64,000 bases of DNA from Eledone cirrhosa. Lineage: Eukaryota. The notes below the pieces were generated by a model. It saw only the letters and a list, made by a program, of their open reading frames with translations. It ran no database searches and was not told where the DNA came from. Location: positions 73,470,001 through 73,534,000 of the forward strand of contig OZ024743.1 in the NCBI GenBank assembly GCA_964016885.1, given 5' to 3'. This document shows, piece after piece, positions 11,665-24,732 of the stretch (its first letter is position 1; every line of letters begins with the position of its first letter). A program made the position numbers and the translations under genes.

Positions 11665-12705
11665 TAAGTCAATAATGGGTGGTGGAGGGTCAGACGCCAT
11701 GCTTTGCAGCAAAGCGTTGCGGTGCTTTATTGACAGAGTTCAAATCCCGCCGAGGTTAACTTTGCCTTTCATAAAGTACCAGTAATACACTTGGATAATT
11801 GCTGGGCTTGTGCCAAAAGTGAAACAATTATTAACTTAATATCGACAGTAATGTTTAGCCTTAGGGTAATAACAGTCTGCTTTTCATACAGTCCACAAGT
11901 GGGTCGTGGGTGAGAATCACTATCTTTGTCATGCTTGCCTTACATGTGATATAATGAAAAATTATTATGTCGCTCATATCAAAATTAAATAAGATGTGCT
12001 ATTTGGACCATATGACAAAACGATAAATGAGGTTCGGAAGCTAATGTGATAAGAAACCTATTTAACTTTTTCTGAAATTGTCAAGCTCATGGCTGTCTTT
12101 ATGGACATAAAAGCTCTTGCCCGATAAGACTAGGTCATCTTAGTTCAGTGATCCCAGAAGCAACCAGGTTCTCCAGTGCCCGCCATCACTAGTGATCCTG
12201 TGCAAGCCCCTCTGCATCCTCCAAAGTAACTTCGAGCCTCTGAACATCTTCCTTAATGACATCCAGCCCTGTTGTGCGGAGCCTGCCGTGAGGTTTCCTC
12301 CAGCCTGTAGCTGCTACATCGAATAAGATTAAGGACCTGGTAAGATGATCTGGCGGCAGGCGAAGGACATGTCCGTACCAGTGCTTGCGGCGGATGGCTA
12401 TGATACGGGAGGCTGCAAGCTGACAATAATAATAAACTCCATGCTATACGCTTTCTTCTCATATTCATTTCTTGTAAAATAACTATAGTTAAAAAATAAA
12501 TTATAAGAATTTAAAATTAGGGAGTTACTTTTCAATCACTCTGTAGTTTATGTTCTGACCAGCTTATTGTTATTTTATGGTTATACTCTCCTGGTGACAG
12601 ATTTTAAAATTAGGTTTATCAAATAAAATTTGACAATATGGATCTATAAATTCTAAGTAAAAGGTAATTTTACATCATCCGTTATCAGTGTGTCTGTCTT
12701 TTTAT

Positions 12706-12786
<81 letters not shown>

Positions 12787-12910
12787 GCATACACACATAC
12801 ATACGTCCATACATACATACATACATAGATAGATACATACCTATATACATACATCATATACTTCTTCATTCTACTGTGTCGTTTGTTTTGTTATTTCTGT
12901 TTACCTTTTT

Positions 12911-12987
<77 letters not shown>

Positions 12988-13225
12988 CAAAGGTATATAT
13001 TGAGTTAGAATCTCAAAATAGTCTCTTACAATTAAATAGCCCAAGGAATGAGATTTTTCCGAGCCGTGTAATATAATTGAATATAAAAGAGAGATAAACA
13101 CAGATATATACATATATATGTTCAAATCGAATCTGGTCCCCTACGATTTGAACACATATATGTATATATCTGTATTTATCTCTCTTTTATATTCAATTTT
13201 TTTTTTTTTTTTTTTTTTCTGCCAG

Positions 13226-13429
13226 GAAAAGCCATTCACTATGTATAAACGCGATTATGAGAAACGACACGGAAACGACCAGTATGAAGGGTTTGCTGTA
13301 GATCTAATGGATGTCGTATCGAAACGTCTGGGATTTGAATATGATTTATATCTTGTTGTTGACGGAAACTTTGGCGCCAAAACTGAAAGCGGAGATTGGA
13401 ATGGGATGATTGGTGAAGTCCTTGCTGGA
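13226..13429 (+). CDS. iGluR exon, S1 ligand-binding segment
   Basis: Poly-T plus cag acceptor; EKPFTMYK...YEGFAVDLM...VDGNFG...WNGMIGEVLAG; donor gtaagt; 204 nt. Confidence 0.95.
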
Positions 13430-15684
13430 GTAAGTGTAATCGACTTTTTTTTCTCTGCTTCCACCGATATCATCAGTGAAGCTATTGTTTATTTCATTCA
13501 AGTTGTTATTATTGTTGTTGGGGACGGACATGGCTTAGTGGTTAGAGCGGCAGGCTTACAATCGTGGGGTTGTGAGTTTGATACTCGGACCAGATTGTGT
13601 GTTGTGTTCTTGAGCAAGACACTTTATTTCACGTTGCTCCAGTTTACACAGCTGTATAGAAATGAGTTTTGACGTCACTGGTGCCAAGCTGTATCGGCCA
13701 TTACCTTACACTTGGACAACATCGCTGACGTGGAGAGGGGAGACTGGCATGCATGGACGATTGCTGACCGTCCACAAACACACATTGCACAGACATGTGC
13801 CTCAGTGGGGAACTTTCAAGGAACAAATCCCGTAGTCATTCGTGGCCGAAGGGGGTCTTTACCCTTTTATCAGTGGGGTGTTTTGACGGTGATCGTGGTA
13901 GCGGCGGCGGTGGCAGCGGTTGTGGTGTTGTTTTAAGTAGTAGTGGTTGTGGCAACATTTCAGAGACAATATTGCCTTTACTTTAGAGTTCAAATCTAAT
14001 CTCGACTTTGCTGAAAAACATTAAACAGATACGTAGTTCAAGTGAATCCTACCGAGGGTTGAACCTGAACTACTTTTACAATTTTTCTTCTATATTTGAC
14101 ACAAGTGTAACATCTTATACTTATCACAAATCTAATGTCTTAACGATATTTATGTAATAGTTATGCCTTCCCAAACAGAACATTAGAGGCACGTAAAATG
14201 GCTGTCGTCAGATATTGAATCTACAGATCTTCTTGTTCGACAGTGATCACCGCTACCATATGAATTGTTGTGCATGTCTCTACTACATCTTTCCAAAAAC
14301 ACTACAATCTTGGAAAAAAGGAGATAGCTATTCAGTTCATGGTGGTTAAATTCTATGAGTTAGGATTATAAATTATATTTTTTCTTATCTCACGAAGCTT
14401 TGTTTATAGTCAGAATTAAACATGTGTACATAATTTATTATATCCCAAAATGCAATGCGATTTAGGACTTTATCAAAATAACTTTCACTTGTCAATGTCC
14501 TTGGGATTAAGAAGTGAAAATCACATTGATATTCCAATACACACGTTTGTTATATCATAGAGTAGATATATGCATTAGTTGTTCTAGTAAAAGGAATATA
14601 TAACAGTAATTTTGGTTTATTTATTGTTTGACTTGAACTAATATCAGGAATTTTGAAAGACGCACCGCAGATGGGAAGGTGTGGTGATGAGTCGTATATA
14701 ATGATATGCAACAGTTGGAAGCTGAACGCTCTAGATAACGGGATGTTCGAAGGGCAACCAGGTACCATTGTCAAATTCTATCATACAACAGTCACGTTGT
14801 AGCTTTTCACTCATGTCCACCTTGGATCCGAATACGTCTTTCGCATATTGATTTCCAATATGCGTGCCCATCAAGACGTGGTCACGATATCAGATGAAGA
14901 GAAGCCACATCATAGAATTGATGGACAGCCAGTAGCAATTTTGAAGAAGAAATCTTAAATAAAATGTGTAATAATACAGAATCTCAAGTAATTGACGAAA
15001 AGAAACGATGATAATGATGTATTTAATTTATTTAAAACATTTGCGTAGTTGATAGGAACAAAGCACTGTAAATAGAGAGAAGTGAAACATTTGGTGATGG
15101 TGCAGCAGTGACACTTAAAAAGTTTTGATTAAAAGGATATCTGTCATATGGACAGTTCACTGATAAAAACAGTGCGTTAGGTGTGTCTGTGTCTTGAGGA
15201 GAAATATTTATATTGGCCAAGATAAACAAAAGATAAATCATTTTATTGATTTAGTGGTAGTAACATATGATGGCGTGATTAGGATATGGTACAACCAAGC
15301 AACACAGGAGTGGTCCATTTAGTCCAGATAGCCCATCATCTCGATCGATGGAAAATGAAAGACAGCCCAGCGTGTGACTGTGGGGACTCGTCACTTTTAT
15401 CAATTCCAATCCAATGGTGGTACATTTGACAAATTAATGTGTATGTTGAGTTAAGTGTCTCGTAGTATTTGTTCCGGCACTCTGCGCTCTATGATCAAAT
15501 CCCCCCGATCTCACCTTGTATTTTATTCCTTTTGATGTCGACAAATAAAGTACCTGTCCAGGGTGGGAGAATGGCAGAATTATTTTACTTCTGTATTGTT
15601 TGTAAACGTTTTTCGTTAAATTTTCTGTTTTCATTCGTCTTCTTCTCTTCCTCCCTTTAAACTACTCTTTTATATATATTTATA

Positions 15685-15787
<103 letters not shown>

Positions 15788-16232
15788 ACTAGACCTGAAA
15801 AATGCGCAAGCTCAAAAGAGCCACAGAATGTTATAATAAACCTTCAAAAGTGTGGGACTAGAGTTGTTGCTCAAAAATATTGTAATTATTATCTATCGTA
15901 CACTCTGTGGCATCCTTTTATAAAAAAGAGACTCATAACGAACTCAAGACGACACGATAATTATTTAAGCTAATGTTCAATATCTCATATTAGATGTTTA
16001 GTAATGATTAATACGAAATGCACTTGAACCGAATTCTATATTATAAATTCATTTAAATAATTATCGTGTCGTCTTGAGTTCGTTATGAGTCTCTTTTATA
16101 TAAAAGGATACCACAGAGTGTACGATAGATAATGATTACAATATTTTTGAGCAACAACTCTAGTCCCACACTTTTGGAGGTTTATTATAACATTCTGTGG
16201 CTCTTTTGAGCTTGCGCATTTTTCAGGTCTAG
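15788..16232. repeat. Inverted repeat with arms of about 180 bp inside TA/TG microsatellite
   Basis: actagacctgaaaaatgcgc...gataattatttaa is mirrored at about 16052-16232. Confidence 0.85.
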
Positions 16233-16267
<35 letters not shown>

Positions 16268-16558
16268 CGGCTGAAAAGGAGGTCATATAACTGTCCATGC
16301 ATTAATAAATTGCTCCGAAGAATCCAAACCTCGGTTTGGAGGAAACAGCTGTAAGCACAATAATGTTTTGAACAGTTCTTTGATTCTTATATTTCATATA
16401 ACTGCTCTGTAAATCATCTGATGTTTTTACATGGAGCTACTTAACTTACTGGTAATAAGGTAGTAATACATTACTGCCTACCACTATTTAGGGTGTGTGT
16501 AAAATACTTACAACTGCTTAAGGTTTTGTGTTTACATAACCATAAATAGTATAACTAA

Positions 16559-16595
<37 letters not shown>

Positions 16596-17451
16596 TATAA
16601 ATATATATAAAAGAGTAGTTTAAAGGGAGGAAGAGAAGAAGACGAATGAAAACGAAATATTTTTACAAACAATACAGGTCTAGTTTAATATTTTTTAAAG
16701 GCAACACTTGTAATAACTCTAGTTAAACATGATAAATATTAATAATAAATTATCGTTGTAATGTAATTAGATTATATAATTGTTATTTTATAAATTATCT
16801 TATAAATATTATTGTAAGATGTATAAAAATATTTTCAGACTTTTAATATAAACAACTACAAAATACAATCAATAATAAATAAATATATTTTACATAATAA
16901 TTGTTATAGTTGAATTAATAAAAATTAAATATTACATACAAATAGTCTAACATAATAAAAAAGAAAATCATCTAACATAATATTAATAAAATAATCTAAC
17001 ATAAAACGAACAATAATATGGACAAATATACAAGTAAATATGATACAACCAATATAATAAGCGTGTTATAACGAACTGAAAAAAATAGTTAATATAAATT
17101 TTAAAAATCATATCTAAATTAACAATATAGCTTACCAAAACGAGAAAAATATTTTCATGATAAACGACGAAATACAGGAGGAAGATTTGAAAGCGAAACG
17201 ATAAATAAACGTGCAAACAAAATGGCGGATGCTTTTGAGCAACAATTACTCTCGTTGGTTGATTAGTCAATAAGACGATGAAATTAGCCAATAAGACGAT
17301 ACATTACAAAACATTTTTGGCAGAGATCACCACGGCCAGCGACACCCTTGAATGTTTTATTCACAAGCTACGCATATATATCAGACACGCAGACTTAAAA
17401 CATTCTGTTGTTAGTCACTGCGTTTCTAACAGATATATATATGCATATATA

Positions 17452-18037
17452 TCATAAATTATGTCCATAGAATCATTTGATAAAATATATACACTATTTC
17501 CTCTCCCAATTAGGATAATTAACCACATAAAAAATCAATTAGACCAGGCTATAAGAATAAAGGCCCATATGAAAAAATATTTGATAAATAAACGAAAGCA
17601 GCCTCTTCGCGGCCGACCGCAATAGAATATTTACCCAACATTTCAACAGCATGTAGAAATCGACTAAAAATACCGTCAACCATACACAATTAGGTATAAA
17701 TTTAAAGTTAGAAGAAATGCGTACACTCTTACCGTGATTATGTCCCTACCCTGGGTTTCGTTCGCGTTTTGAGATATCCTATTAAGGATAAATCTCGAGT
17801 ATCGAACTCATCAGGGGACAAACTCATAGGACAGTTAATTTTCCAAAGCGATCCCCGCCAGAAATAGATTAAAAAATGGCTAAGAATCGTGACGTATCAG
17901 TGGTCAAGTTAGAAAGAATGTGATTAGTTGCTTACGGCGAGTGGGCTGGTTGCTATAAAGCGCAGCCCAATATTGCCCAAATTGCATCTCAACCTAATTG
18001 GAGATTATTAAATATAAAGATTTACCTATACACAAAG
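17452..18037 (-). mobile_element. Hammerhead-containing element, diverged homolog of the 690-bp tandem at 62633-63910
   Basis: Colinear reverse-complement similarity along its length (e.g. atgtccatagaatcatttgataa, ttacggcgagtgggctgg); TA-rich flanks. Confidence 0.8.
17741..17820 (-). ncRNA. Type I hammerhead ribozyme with extended stem II
   Basis: Minus strand: tgtccc-CTGATGA-gttcg...gagatttatcct(taat)aggatatctc...cgaac-GAAA-ccc(a)ggg-TA-gggaca. Confidence 0.9.
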
Positions 18038-18183
18038 TCACAGATATATATGTGGCAACCGTTCACGATGTGTCTCAATGAAGAATTAATAAATTAAATA
18101 ATCAGAGCAATATATCATAAATTATATATGTATATATATATATATATATATATAACAGATATAACAGATATATATATATATGT

Positions 18184-18257
<74 letters not shown>

Positions 18258-18259
<2 letters not shown>

Positions 18260-18360
18260 CGAAGGAGGTGTGGTAAGGAACCAGATGGACCATAACGCAT
18301 AGTCTAGAAATAGCCGTCGAAACGGCTGGAGCTCTGCCGTCGGGGTTAAACTTTTTCCTA
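18258..18360. mobile_element. TA-inserted short repeat family carrying the 3' half of a hammerhead, usually as a palindrome (copies about 33828-34021, 40505-40885, 45899-46099, 48272-48515, 49635-49812, 63931-64000)
   Basis: Shared gtggtaaggaaccagatggaccataacgcaccagagtactcaatac and gtcGAAAcggc...gccgTCggggtc. Confidence 0.75.
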
Positions 18361-18978
18361 TATATATATATATATGTGTGTGGGTAGATAAATCTACCAA
18401 AATATACGGTAGTATCCAATCCGTATGAAGAACTCAATGTAATCCAAATATCATGAAAAGAGAAGATGTATTCAAAATTTTTTCGATGAAAAACACATGA
18501 AAACAGAGTCAAGATAAATTAATAAAAATAATGAATAAAAACAAAGAAATAGTTCCTTATATTAAAAAATTCATCATTTTACGATCGTTTCTAGGATATA
18601 TATGTATGGGTTGGTATGTATATCATATAGATCTATGTAAAGTTTTTACAAACTATCAGAGGGAATATACATACCTACACATATATATGTGTAGAGATAT
18701 ATATATAACTATTTAGCTATATATATATATATATAGCTAAATAGTTATATATATATATCTCTATTTCTATCCCTTTTCCTCTAACTCTTCCTCTTTCTCT
18801 TCCTCTCTCATTCTCCCTGTCTCTCTGTCTCACTAACCCATTTTGTCTGTATCAATGTATATATATATCTATCTATCTATCTATCCAACTCTTTTCGTCT
18901 GTATCAATGTATATATCTATCTATCTCTATGTGTCTCTCCTCACTGATCAACTGATGTCTTCCTCCACTTCACTTTAG

Positions 18979-19282
18979 AATGCCACTATGACAGTATCGC
19001 CCCTCAGCATTAATTCCCAGCGCGAGGAGGCAGTGGATTTCACTAAGCCATTTATGACACGCTACATTAGTGTAATCATGAAGAAAACTAAACTGGAAAC
19101 ATCATATTTTGAGTTCCTCAACCCCCTCTCGCCACCTGTTTGGATATGCACATTCGGGGCATTTATTGTTGTCAGTGTAATACTGTACTTCCTGGAGAAA
19201 CTGGGCATGCGTAAGAAGAAGGACTATCCTTCTATTTCGTTCAGGGAGAGCTTCTGGTTCATCTTTGGATCTTTATTACAAG
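18979..19282 (+). CDS. iGluR exon, end of S1, M1 and M2 pore helix
   Basis: NATMTVSPLSINSQREEAVDFTKPFM...FLNPLSPPVW...SFWFIFGSLLQ; tttag acceptor, g|gtaagt donor. Confidence 0.95.
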
Positions 19283-19349
19283 GTAAGTGTATCCGTGTAT
19301 CTATTAGTATACATATCTGTGAATCATCAATCATTTTCATCATCATTTT

Positions 19350-20700
19350 ACATGGGTTGTTTAAATTCTTGCATGGGTTGGACAAGTCTTTTCTAGCACA
19401 TCCTTCCTCCACTCATTGCAGTCATTCTTCCTCTCTGTACACTTCAGTGTTTTGAGATCAGCTCTCCCAACCTCCTCTCAAATCTTCTTTGGTCACCCCA
19501 CCCTCTAATGGAATTTCTTGCACTTCTTCACCCAATGACCATTACCCATACACATGACACGGCCATACCAGCGTAGTTTTCTTTCCTGAATACTAACTGA
19601 TTGCTCGTATACCCAGCTTTTATCATAGTATACTAATATTGCACATTCATCGAAGCATGCTTGCATTATTACTCACCGGACTTTGCAAAACATCTGCATT
19701 CACTGCCCACGTCTCACTGCTATGCAGCATTACACATCACACACAGGCATCATACGCCCGGTCTTTCGTTCGTAACCTTGCTGTCGAAGGAGATAGTAGC
19801 TTCCTGGGCGTTTTCTGTTCTGTCCTTATTTTAGCTATGCTCTGAGAGGAACTTGCTCCACTACTAATTAGAGCATCTACTTTCTGAGATTGCAAAAAGT
19901 TTATTTAACTCATGCTCCTACTTCCTATGCATCTGCTACCTTTTTTGTTTGTCTGACTCCTATCACACTATGCCACTTGTATACACAAGATTTACTTTGT
20001 GTACATTATGTTGCGTTTCTACCTAATGTTTTTCTACACATAGAGCAAGGTCACGTCCATATCTTAAACTAATGTTATCTCCTGGAGACCTATAACACAG
20101 AATTGTGAGCTGAAGACTTATATCTGATTGATACCTACCTGTACATTGAATTTGTCACTAAACCATTACCTCTCTCACTTTACTGACAGCTCCACTGTGC
20201 ACAGCTTGCAATGATCTCACAAGCCATTCTTCTACACCTGGTTCCCTTGGGCACCACCAGATAACAGATCATTGAATTCTATCAATGGTCTTCTCTCACT
20301 CAACGAAAGCTAGATATAGTGGCTTATACTTAGCTAGGGATTTCTCTTGTAATCATCTCACTAAGAAAAGAGCATCTGTGCTCTTTCTCGCTGGCACAAT
20401 TTAATTCTTTCCCTAATTAGCTACACTAAAACTCTTTCGGTCATTATCATAACTTGTTCCATTAGTTTTATATCTTTGTTGTTGCTCCTTTTTAGGCATC
20501 AGCTTTTACCAGTCTTGAGTATGGTTCCGTCATGTGTTATCTGAGTGATTATGCGAGTGACTAATTTGACTCCTACATCCGCAGAATATTTCAGCATCTC
20601 CGTAACTATCTGTGACGGACCAGTGGATTGAGCATTTTTTATCTTGTTTTTGTCATACTATAACTATTAATTTTGATAACTCGTCTTAAAGTTGGGTCAG
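19350..20700 (-). mobile_element. Degenerate RTE-like LINE fragment
   Basis: Minus strand near 20280-20320 reads LYLAFVE*EKTIDRI (compare AFVDLEKAFDRV), with a YGRV/GHW-like C-terminal remnant near 19540-19575; many stops and indels. Confidence 0.6.
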
Positions 20701-22190
20701 CAGGGGTCAGTCTATCTTACTTCCACTTTAATTATCAGGGACATTCAGGGTTCACACAATTGTGCCATGTCTTATCCCATGAATTACAGATACAACTCAC
20801 TTTTGCTAATTGAGTAGACTGAAGCAACGTGAAATAAGATGTCTTGCTCAAGGGTACAACGCGCCACCCGTTCCGGATCTCGAGCTCACTACCTTACGAT
20901 CGTGAGCCAAACACTTTAACACTAGGCAAAACGCTTTTATTGATGTATAAATATTTATCATTTAATTAATTGCGATAACATTGAAATACTCATTAATCAA
21001 ATTAGACTATTTCAGTTAAGTTATGTTTGATGTTTGATATAAAAATTTGCTATGAATTATTTTCTTATTATTCATTGTCAAGTACTCTCAGGTCCCTAAT
21101 GTTAGGGGGTAGAATAAGCAGGGTGGGGGAAATCCATAATTTTACTAGGTTGTCTACGTTGGTTTTTTTTTATTTTGACACCAGAATTAGTCGTATAGAA
21201 TCTGCAACCCATCCTATATATTTTATAAAGTATGTATTTCTAGTAATGTTCTTTTCTGACTTGTGTAATGTTTTGTTTTTATTTATAAAGAAAGTTAATT
21301 GTCGCAGGATTGCTACTACTTAAAAATTATTTCGCCGGAGATAGATTAGAAAATCTGAAAGCCGAGTTGGGTTGGAATAAGAGCGGTGTTTGAAAAAAAT
21401 CTGAAAAATTGATAAGTGAGGGTTGTGGAATAAGAGCGTGGGGTTGGTTGGAAAATATCTGAAAAATTAAGGGTGAATAAGAGTAGGAATTTTGAAAAAA
21501 ATCTGAAAAATTAATAAGCGAGGTGGGTGGGACGATTATTCGAGACCCGTGATTAGCAATGAAAACGTGACGGTAATCGATGTTTCTTGGTATATGACCT
21601 GCATTACAAAACGTTTGCACGCTTATTTAGGTTTTAAATTGAGTCCTCATAATATAAAAACCGAGAGTCTGATTTACATTAAGCTTAAATTCTTCTTTAG
21701 AATTTGATTTCTCGCTCATCAATAGCAGGTTACATAAATGTATTTATGAGTTTCATATTATAGCGTAATGAGGATGGTTTGCTTCTATACGAATCGAATA
21801 TTGTGGTGGATTAGTAGTATCTATAGAGCGTTGGACACCATTCTTTGCGGCTTAGAGTTATGGCCCTTTATGTTCTGAATTCAAATCCCACCGAAGTTAG
21901 CTTTACCTTTCATCCTTACGGGACGATAAAATAAAACACCAGTAAGTATTGGGGTCGATTTAATCGACTTTCCTCTCCCATTCAAATTGCTGGCCTTGTG
22001 CTAAAGTAGAAACAATTCTGAGTTCAAATCCCGCCGCGGTTAACTTTGCCTTTCATCCTTACGGGGTCGATAAAATAAAGTACCAGTAATACACTGGGGT
22101 AATTGCTGGCCTTGTGCCTAAAGTAGAAATAATAATAATTATTATTATTCGATATAAAACTCATAATTACATTTATTTTCTATTTTACAG

Positions 22191-22446
22191 GAAACACAGA
22201 TGCTTCCCCAAACACGGTGCCTGGACGTATCCTTACTAGTGCTTGGTGGTTTTTTTGCCCTCATCCTCATCTCATCCTACACAGCTAATCTAGCTGCCTT
22301 CCTCACTGTAAAGAAGATCAATACGCCCATTTAAAACAATTTCTGACCTTCCCAAACAAACCTAAAATCAAATACGGTACTGTCAAAAACAGTGTGTCAT
22401 GGCTTTCTTTAAGAACACAAAAATCGAAACATTTGCAAAGATGTGG
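22191..22446 (+). CDS. iGluR exon, pore loop end, M3 and start of S2; four 1-nt indels as assembled
   Basis: GNTDASPNTVPGRILTSAWWFF/ALILISSYTANLAAFLTVKKINTPI/KTISDLPKQT/KIKYGTVKNS/xVMAFFKNTKIETFAKMW; canonical tttacag and gtgagt sites. Confidence 0.9.
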
Positions 22447-24084
22447 GTGAGTTAATGACTTTTACTGCTGCTGCTGCTGCTTTTGCTGCTGCTACTGCTG
22501 CTGCTGCTATCTCACTTTATTTATTTCTATTTTATGTATTTTGTTTTATTTTATTTTGTTTTTTAATTCATATTTTTACACGTAATTTTAATTTCTTTGT
22601 GAATTTATTTAATTATTCAGCTGTCAATAATAATTGGTAATGATGATGATGGTGGTGGTGGTCGTGGTGGTGGTGGTCGTCATGGTGGTGGTGGTAGTGG
22701 TAGTCGTAGTGGTAAGTGGTAGATGATGATGACAGTAGTGAGGTGGGAATTAATGTAGTATTAGTGGTGGTGTACCATGATAATGATAATGTTGATAATG
22801 ATAATGATAATGTTGATAATGATAATGATAATTTTGATAATGTTGGTAAGGTGTGAGAGGTGCAGATGTAAAGATTCTACCAATAACAATTATAATGGCG
22901 CTGATATTCATGTCGTCTTTGTTGTTGTTGTTATCGTTGTTGTTGTTTATCTTCAGGCGTGCCTGAATACCTGTAATCAAAGGTGGTACTTGTAGTGATG
23001 GTGGTGGTGGTGATGATAGTGGTTGTGGTGGTGGTGTTGGGGTAATGGTGGTGGCAACGGTGGTGGCAGTGGTGTGGTAATGTTGGTGGTGATGATGATG
23101 GTGTTGATGATGGTAGTTGTAGTGGTGGTGGTGGTGGTAGTGGGTGGGAGGTGGCAGTGATGATAACGTTGGGGTAAATGTGGTGGTGATGGTGGTGGTA
23201 ATATTGGTGGTAATATTGGTGGTGATGATGGTGGTGATATTGGTGTTGATGATGGTGGTGATGACGTTAGTTGTGGTGGTGGTGAGGGGGAACTTGATAA
23301 TAATTATGACAATGCCACCATTTTCAAAGTCACCCTCAAGCTTCTGTAGTGTTTATGATACAATAACCATGAAACACATATCTTGGTGGCATGTTTCTTA
23401 CTCATATTTCTATTTTAACCCTAATATCCAAATATGGCCATTTTCACTGTGAATTTGTGTATGAAAATCGAACCGTATAGTTAAGATTTGTTGAGCCAAG
23501 TCTGCGAATCTGCTTTGACTCCCGGCGAGAACTTTCACTTCTCCTACACCACATTTGCTTTTGAAGACTGATATGAATGCCATAGAAACCTCAAATATTG
23601 TAGCCATTTAATAATTTAATAATTATTATAGAGGATAGAGCAATTGATGAAGACGGCACGACTCCAAAATAAGGATTAACAGCCTCGCTATTTGTTTCTA
23701 AGCTGAAAATTTCCAAGGATCCATTATTGTTTTGTTTTTTTCTTTACATCCTTTCTGAATCTGTAATTATAAAGATCACAGAAATTGAGGATGAAACTGG
23801 CGAGGAGAATTCATTGTTTTATGGTTGTTGTGGTGAATAAAGACTGTTTCAATTCCCAGTTAGAGATACTCAATTGATAGCACTAATGCTTTTGTCACTT
23901 CAAGTCGTGCTCAGTTACTAGAATATGTGTGAATGAGAATTGTATAATGAGACGCTTTTGCATTCACTGCAGAAATGTAGTGAAATTGAAGGAATTGGCA
24001 TAAAGACTTTTCTTTCTTTTCTTTCTTCGTCTTTTTTTTCTTATTTTTCTTCGTCTTTCTTTCTTTTTCTTCCTGTTTTTTTTT

Positions 24085-24390
24085 CTTCCTTTTTTTCCTT
24101 CTTCCTGTCGAAAGAGTCGAAGGTGTATAGTCCTCAGACATACCTTCCAGAAGCACCCATCACCTAACGATCCAGCTAGATCCCCAGGCGAGACCACCAA
24201 GCTTATGAATGTTATCCAACCATCTTGCTCGTGGTCGACCTCTATTGGATTTGCTCATAAAATCTTTCCGGCAATTCTTTCCTGAGACATTCTAACCACA
24301 TGTCCGTAGAATCGGAGCTCTGATCTCACGGTGCAGACATTTAGCGGATCTACCTACTGTGACTCTTTGATATCCGAGTTACACACTCCA
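24085..24390 (-). mobile_element. RTE-like LINE 3' fragment (similar fragment about 25165-25450 -)
   Basis: Reverse complement contains gagatcagagctccgattctacggacatgtggttagaatgtctcagg (LRFYGHVVRMS) and a TTC/GAA-rich tail. Confidence 0.65.
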
Positions 24391-24459
24391 TCGAATAACG
24401 TTTCTCCAAATTAATTGGATTTAGTTTATCCGTCATTTAATCCCTGTTTATTATTTTAG

Positions 24460-24732
24460 GTTCAAATGGCTGAATTAGATCCTGAATCAATGGTATCCAC
24501 AACAACTGAAGGGTTTGAAAAAGTTAAAGAAGGTAATTACGCATTCTTCTGGGATACAACAGTGAGCAGATACAAATCTATTGAAGACTGTTGAATTAAC
24601 GGAAATCGGACCTCGTTTTGATCCAAAGGGATTTGGTATTGCAGTACCCCCAGGAGCCACGTACCGAGAAGATTTATCCATGGTTATTTTAAATCTCAGC
24701 GATACAGGAAAACTTCATGAACTTGAGAGCAG
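24460..24732 (+). CDS. iGluR exon, S2 ligand-binding segment; one extra T near 24591
   Basis: VQMAELDPESMVSTTTEGFEKVKEGNYAFFWDTTVSRYKSIEDC/ELTEIGPRFDPKGFGIAVPPGATYREDLSMVILNLSDTGKLHELES; AG/GT boundaries. Confidence 0.92.

Noticed and set aside
13118-13672. ORFs 13118-13672 and 18988-19455 as complete genes
   Set aside because: Only the internal AG/GT-bounded parts are iGluR-like; the rest is intron or SINE read-through.
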